This document shows positions 28,167-32,000 of a DNA stretch of 32,000 nucleotides, in pieces (position 1 is the first letter of the stretch; each line of letters opens with the position of its first letter). Source of the stretch: Salmonella phage Seabear; the sequence record MK728824.1; one strand, 5' to 3'. Under the pieces are notes generated by a model. The model searched no databases and was not told where the DNA came from. It saw only the letters and a list, made by a program, of their open reading frames with translations. Both the position numbers and the translations under genes were made by a program.

Positions 28167-28648
28167 TATCTCTTACCTCCTCCTGCTAGAGCGGTAATAA
28201 GATTCATATAGTTTTCGTCACCACTTCCAGCAATAATATTATTCTGAATATTAGTCTGGTTAGTCGGAGTACGGGCTGCTGCCTTCACTTTCTCCAGTTC
28301 TACCATCATTTTCATTTCTTCCATCTTCATCTTGTGCGCCTTCCAGAGAATATCCATGATATCCTGGTCAGAACCCATGCCAGTTTCTTCAAGTTCTTCC
28401 AGCTTACGCTTGATAACTTCGTCAAGAACTCCGAATAAGCGGTCACGATTACGGAAGCCACTTTCCATAAAGATATCGTTGAGATAGTTTTTAACTTCCC
28501 CACGATTCATTATATCACGGAATGCAATCTCGGACATTCCAAGACTACGAGCGGCGGCAGGAACATCACTACCGCACTGTAAATAGGCTTCAATAACATC
28601 CATGCCTTCGGGAGACATGAGATCGGGAACTAATACATCATTTGCCAT
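28166..28648 (-). CDS. Terminase small subunit-like protein
   Basis: 160 aa, helix-turn-helix-like N-terminal region ([34 protein letters not shown]), immediately upstream of TerL with a 1-nt overlap. Confidence 0.82.
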   Translation of the reverse strand: MANDVLVPDLMSPEGMDVIEAYLQCGSDVPAAARSLGMSEIAFRDIMNRGEVKNYLNDIFMESGFRNRDRLFGVLDEVIKRKLEELEETGMGSDQDIMDILWKAHKMKMEEMKMMVELEKVKAAARTPTNQTNIQNNIIAGSGDENYMNLITALAGGGKR

Positions 28649-28658
28649 ATATCCTCCT

Positions 28659-30440
28659 TTAGGTTAGGCGTTGAACTGTTACACGTAGTCTTGGCAAGAA
28701 AACAGCTGCCGCTTCTGCAGCGTGAATGATAACACCCAACTCAACGTTGCCATTACCAAGGTTTTTAATAGTATAAATATATCCGTTCCTACGGAAAGCA
28801 AACTCATCAGGCCTTCTAGCCCAAGTTTGTGTATAACTATAGGAAGTTGTACTGTGATAAGGTACTAGATATCCAGGTGGCAGAGTAAGAATCTGGTGGA
28901 ATACACCATCACCAGCTGTATAACTTTGTTGACGTCTACCTTGTACCTGCCAAGTGCTACCGCCGTAAGTACGCACAGGCATTCCAGCAGTATTAAGATT
29001 ACCCATAATAACTTCAGTAGTTAATATAACAGTAGAGTGAGCATTTGGTAATCCCAACCAAACTGTGGCCAAAGGTGTGTAGAAGTCACCAGCACCAGGG
29101 TAGGATGGAGTTATATCGTCCCCTACATAAGTACTTGCAACGTTGCCTGGGAATAACCTGAGGGGTACAGTACTAGGACTCCACACAGGTCCATGTTCAT
29201 TACCAATGGAGTTGGTATTAGTATCTACATACCATTGTTTACCTACACCAAATTTATATAAGCTAATTTGAGAAGCTGCACCACCATAGTTAACAGGAGA
29301 CCACAACCCGCCATTACTAGAGCCGATAAATTCACATCGTGCAGTATTATCACCAAAAACTCCGGTATACGCAGCGTTATTACCAACATACTCCATATCA
29401 GGGCGATAGCCTAAGTTTCCGAAAGCATTCTGGTTAATAAATTTATAGCCTGTATTTGGTAGGCTAACACCTTTAATAGTAAAGTTAGATGGAGATATTA
29501 GGATATCTGAACCGGTAAATGGATTACCAGAAACTCCCATACTACCATTAGAATAGCGCAGATTTAGCACATACCAAATAACCTTAGTTGGTGTAACGTT
29601 ATACCAGTCCTGTACATATACCTTTCTAGCTGATTGAGCAGCCATATTAGAAGTAGAACCTCTACAAACATATATTTTTTCTGGATATGCAGGAGATTGG
29701 TAAAGAACGTTTACGTTATTTGGTAGTACACCTTTCTTACCTGCAAAGCCACGAATATTAGAACTACAAACATAAAACCAATCATGGCCTCTACCAGCAG
29801 AACCAATAGGCGCCTGCCAGTTAGGTTCCCAATAATCTGCGTTACCACCATCTAAAGGAACAGTAGAGACACCAGTTGGAAAACCCATAAGACTCCAGGC
29901 TCTGGCAATGGCTTCACCAGCAGAAACACCACCAGGTCTAAAGATCTGGAAACCAGAGGACTGTAGTAAACTGCCTCCAGAACCTTGCCGAGCAATGGAT
30001 TCCTCATGACCAAGACCACCATTATAGATATAGGTACCATGAGCTAAACTATCACCGATCGCAAAAGCAGATGTTACAGATAATTCAGCACCAGCACGTG
30101 GTGGGTCTTCAAAGAATGATAAGAACTGGCCAACCTGAGATTGAGTACCATTGAGGAATCCTCTATGGGTACCATTAATCTCAATAGCAGTTAATATAAC
30201 TCTACCCGGATCATTGGATTTAATGTTTATAATATCCCAAGGCATCTGAGTAACAAAATACCCATTGCCTGCATCACCTAGAGCCGCTTCATAAGTCCCA
30301 TCAACCAGGACGAAAGGCATATCTGAGTGAAAGATACTATTAGTATTTGGAGAGTAGTGTTCACCAGTATCACCACCATTAGCAGCGTTTAGAGATAATA
30401 CAGTTTTACCATCACTAAATTTTCCTGCGAAAAAACTCAT
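28659..30440 (-). CDS. Receptor-binding protein, T5 pb5 (Oad) / BF23 Hrs-like
   Basis: 593 aa; N-terminus [41 protein letters not shown] and C-terminus [12 protein letters not shown] match the recalled T5 pb5 ends (MSFFAGKLNN...GGDTNQH...IFHSDM; ...LIIQRLT). Divergent to an llp-like lipoprotein gene. Confidence 0.92.
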   Translation of the reverse strand: MSFFAGKFSDGKTVLSLNAANGGDTGEHYSPNTNSIFHSDMPFVLVDGTYEAALGDAGNGYFVTQMPWDIINIKSNDPGRVILTAIEINGTHRGFLNGTQSQVGQFLSFFEDPPRAGAELSVTSAFAIGDSLAHGTYIYNGGLGHEESIARQGSGGSLLQSSGFQIFRPGGVSAGEAIARAWSLMGFPTGVSTVPLDGGNADYWEPNWQAPIGSAGRGHDWFYVCSSNIRGFAGKKGVLPNNVNVLYQSPAYPEKIYVCRGSTSNMAAQSARKVYVQDWYNVTPTKVIWYVLNLRYSNGSMGVSGNPFTGSDILISPSNFTIKGVSLPNTGYKFINQNAFGNLGYRPDMEYVGNNAAYTGVFGDNTARCEFIGSSNGGLWSPVNYGGAASQISLYKFGVGKQWYVDTNTNSIGNEHGPVWSPSTVPLRLFPGNVASTYVGDDITPSYPGAGDFYTPLATVWLGLPNAHSTVILTTEVIMGNLNTAGMPVRTYGGSTWQVQGRRQQSYTAGDGVFHQILTLPPGYLVPYHSTTSYSYTQTWARRPDEFAFRRNGYIYTIKNLGNGNVELGVIIHAAEAAAVFLPRLRVTVQRLT

Positions 30441-30465
30441 ACAATCTCCTTCTTTAAAAATGTAT

Positions 30466-30494
30466 TTGCTTAGATCCCTCTATTTTGCTATAAT
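30466..30494 (+). promoter_or_regulatory. Sigma70 promoter for llp
   Basis: TTGCTT (30466-30471), 17-bp spacer, TATAAT (30489-30494); SD AGAGGA just before ATG 30524. Confidence 0.9.
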
Positions 30495-30523
30495 ATATTT
30501 ATAAATTAAACAGAGGAACGATT

Positions 30524-30790
30524 ATGAAAAAGTTATTAGCCATCGTAGTTGCAGCAGTAGTGTTGACAGGTTGTGTACCGGCTCCCGAGCCATTCTGTAA
30601 GGCATACGTGAAGTCTTATGGTCATGTTGGTGAAGAACACTACGCTTTAGATATTCGAGAAGCACGTACTGTGGGCTACCGATTCCCTAAAACTCAGTTA
30701 CGCACTAAGTTTGGGTGGTGGGATTTGTCACAGTTTGATCTCAAATATGGCGATTGCAAATTTAAACTAGAACAATCTGGTCACTTGTAA
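30524..30790 (+). CDS. llp: Llp-like superinfection-exclusion / receptor-blocking outer membrane lipoprotein
   Basis: 88 aa with lipoprotein signal peptide and lipobox (MKKLLAIVVAAVVLTGC). Divergent neighbour of the receptor-binding protein gene as in T5 oad-llp. Confidence 0.85.
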   Translation: MKKLLAIVVAAVVLTGCVPAPEPFCKAYVKSYGHVGEEHYALDIREARTVGYRFPKTQLRTKFGWWDLSQFDLKYGDCKFKLEQSGHL

Positions 30791-30864
30791 TTAGTATAAA
30801 GTAAAAAGATCTCGAAGTAAACAAAAATTTTTATTTCTGGGATGAGGTACAGGTAGCAAACACA

Positions 30865-31179
30865 ATGCAAGATGTAGAAAAGTCCTTTCAGGAACCTGTT
30901 AACTTTGAAATAGATCCCAGGACTAAAGCAATACATGATGCGATTAACGAAATCATTCAAGACGTCATAGAAGATACAATGGAAGACGTGATGGGAACAT
31001 CCTTCTTACTAGAAGAGTCCGGCTTCGATGAAGTAATGGATCTTATCGGGACAGTCATAATGGTTCGTGCAATTGCTAGGATATTCCAAATACCAGGACT
31101 ACAGGAGAAGCAAAGAGATGTCAGACGACAACAGAAGAAAGAACAGACGCGGGGAAGTGTACGAAAGTTGGATAAATAG
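30865..31179 (+). CDS. Hypothetical acidic helical protein
   Basis: 104 aa; first ORF of an overlapping series; SD weak, so exact start uncertain. Confidence 0.6.
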   Translation: MQDVEKSFQEPVNFEIDPRTKAIHDAINEIIQDVIEDTMEDVMGTSFLLEESGFDEVMDLIGTVIMVRAIARIFQIPGLQEKQRDVRRQQKKEQTRGSVRKLDK

Positions 31180-31252
31180 TTTCGGATTCGGAACTGTATT
31201 ATTCTTTATCTTTGTACTCTTTTGGTTAGCAGCTATGGCGGGGTGGTTATAA
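31118..31252 (+). CDS. Small membrane protein (start corrected from 31067)
   Basis: ATG at 31118 preceded by AGGAGA; 44 aa MSDDNRRKNRRGEVYESWINSFGFGTVLFFIFVLFWLAAMAGWL with a C-terminal transmembrane segment; stop overlaps the next ATG (TAATG). Confidence 0.65.
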   Translation: MSDDNRRKNRRGEVYESWINSFGFGTVLFFIFVLFWLAAMAGWL

Positions 31253-31356
31253 TGGAAGTAGTGATTATTGCTTTACTAGTTGTGGTAATTATCGGGCAGT
31301 GCATTCTAGATAACCACTTAGCCCGTATAGAACGTAAGCTGCGGGGAGACAAATAA
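31252..31356 (+). CDS. 34-aa small membrane protein, not in the supplied ORF track
   Basis: MEVVIIALLVVVIIGQCILDNHLARIERKLRGDK; joined by TAATG overlaps on both sides; hydrophobic N-terminus then basic amphipathic tail. Confidence 0.65.
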   Translation: MEVVIIALLVVVIIGQCILDNHLARIERKLRGDK

Positions 31357-31550
31357 TGGATTGGTTAGGATTTATTACACTTGTAGTATGGCTTGTCTGG
31401 ATTGTTGGATATATGACTTCACATCGCAACCGTATACAGCGGCTAGAGGATAAAGTCACCCAACTGAATATTAATATGGATAAGTTACTGGACTCCCAAC
31501 GTAATGATCGGGCACGTATTCACCAACTTGAGAGGGAATTAGATGTTTAG
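31356..31550 (+). CDS. Small membrane-anchored coiled-coil protein
   Basis: 64 aa MDWLGFITLVVWLVWIVGYMTSHRNRIQRLEDKVTQLNINMDKLLDSQRNDRARIHQLERELDV; GGGGA upstream; TM plus heptad-like segment. Confidence 0.72.
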   Translation: MDWLGFITLVVWLVWIVGYMTSHRNRIQRLEDKVTQLNINMDKLLDSQRNDRARIHQLERELDV

Positions 31551-31788
31551 CTTTGTAGCTATCTTCATTATCGGGGTACTTGCGGGAATCTTCGGAACAC
31601 TCGGGGCGATTAACAAGCATCGTGAATATGTTGCGGGGATATCGCGGGAGCTTTCGGAAAGGGAGCGGAAGTTTGCGGAGAAACGGGAGGAGTTTGAGCG
31701 AGAGTGGTCGGATGGATCTCGGGCGTCGCGGAGGAGGTTTCGTATGTCAGAATCAGGAGACAAGCCAGTAGACAGGAGAAGCTCATGA
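31543..31788 (+). CDS. Small membrane-anchored, highly charged helical protein
   Basis: 81 aa MFSFVAIFIIGVLAGIFGTLGAINKHREYVAGISRELSERERKFAEKREEFEREW...; overlaps both neighbours. Confidence 0.68.
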   Translation: MFSFVAIFIIGVLAGIFGTLGAINKHREYVAGISRELSERERKFAEKREEFEREWSDGSRASRRRFRMSESGDKPVDRRSS

Positions 31789-32000
31789 AAGAATTCGGGA
31801 GGTTTTTCGGGGAGTTTGAGATAACTCAAGAAGAACTTGAAAAGATGGGTATCACCCAAGAGATGCTACAAGTTTTTCCTAAGTCTTCGGAAGTTCCAGA
31901 AGGATTTATGAGATTTGATGAAGCTATTGAGTACATCAATAATCTTGTTAAGACTGACCCTCTATGGCAGTCCATTCTCAAGCAGTCAGCCCGTAAATAG
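31785..32000 (+). CDS. Hypothetical protein (start corrected from 31704)
   Basis: ATG at 31785 preceded by AGGAGA and overlapping the previous stop (ATGA); 71 aa MKEFGRFFGEFEITQEELEKMGITQEMLQVFPKSSEVPEGFMRFDEAIEYINNLVKTDPLWQSILKQSARK. Confidence 0.68.
   Translation: MKEFGRFFGEFEITQEELEKMGITQEMLQVFPKSSEVPEGFMRFDEAIEYINNLVKTDPLWQSILKQSARK

Noticed and set aside
30791-30864. TATAAA at 30795-30800 as a promoter for the micro-ORF cascade
   Set aside because: No acceptable -35 hexamer at 15-19 bp upstream; transcription may simply continue from the llp promoter.
31580-31771. 63-aa + strand ORF MRESSEHSGRLTSIVNMLRG... in a third frame
   Set aside because: Fully nested in 31543-31788 with Ser/Arg/Gly-rich shadow composition and no good SD; likely a by-product of the purine-rich stretch.
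31704-31784. N-terminal extension (MVGWISGVAEEVSY...) of the last ORF
   Set aside because: An ATG at 31785 with AGGAGA and an ATGA overlap with the previous stop is a much better start.
31356-31788. Membrane plus coiled-coil ORFs as an i-spanin/o-spanin pair with the upstream lipoprotein
   Set aside because: Charge distribution suggests cytoplasmic rather than periplasmic tails, the lipoprotein matches the Llp position/type, and T5-like lysis genes lie elsewhere in the genome.
31539-31859. 106-aa minus-strand ORF opposite the micro-ORF cassette
   Set aside because: Antisense to three well-connected + strand ORFs with SD/overlap support; explained by the GC-rich composition of 31561-31740.
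1-32000. CRISPR arrays, retron/DGR-like template repeats, tRNAs, transposases, integrase
   Set aside because: No regularly spaced direct repeats, no reverse transcriptase or transposase motifs, no obvious tRNA cloverleaf, and the few intergenic gaps (tens to about 110 bp) are accounted for mainly by terminators, promoters and ribosome-binding sites.

Overview
This window is the structural (late) region and right-hand end of a T5-like siphophage (Tequintavirus/Demerecviridae type). It is not an accessory or defence island. From left to right, on the + strand: the 3' end of a D13/SbcC-like ATPase gene, a D14-like PD-(D/E)XK nuclease, D15 flap endonuclease, dUTPase and a small unknown ORF. A bidirectional terminator follows at about 2370-2391. 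A long minus-strand block then carries (listed in + coordinates) two S74-autochaperone lateral tail fibre genes (LtfB/LtfA-like), p132, pb4, pb3, pb9/Dit, the pb2 tape measure, a tail-assembly chaperone pair with a probable programmed frameshift, p140, pb6, tail terminator, head-completion/adaptor genes, pb8 capsid, prohead protease, pb10 decoration protein, portal, an HNH protein, TerL, TerS and a pb5/Oad-like receptor-binding protein. A divergent + strand lipoprotein gene (llp) with a textbook promoter follows. It is succeeded by a chain of overlapping very small ORFs, several with a predicted transmembrane segment; one 34-aa ORF is missing from the supplied ORF track. Most of the window has known T5 counterparts. 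The points most worth a second look are: (1) the overlapping micro-ORF/membrane-protein cassette at 30865-32000, including a locally GC-rich stretch; (2) a 25-nt identical 'terminator tail + start codon' element placed before two different late genes, with a diverged third relative; (3) a tail-chaperone frameshift that must be +1 (or -2), not the usual -1; (4) a terminator-promoter island between tape measure and Dit; (5) an internal promoter and a corrected start for the HNH gene. I found no convincing evidence of a wholly undescribed biological system. All assignments come from reading the sequence and remembered family knowledge; no database search was run.
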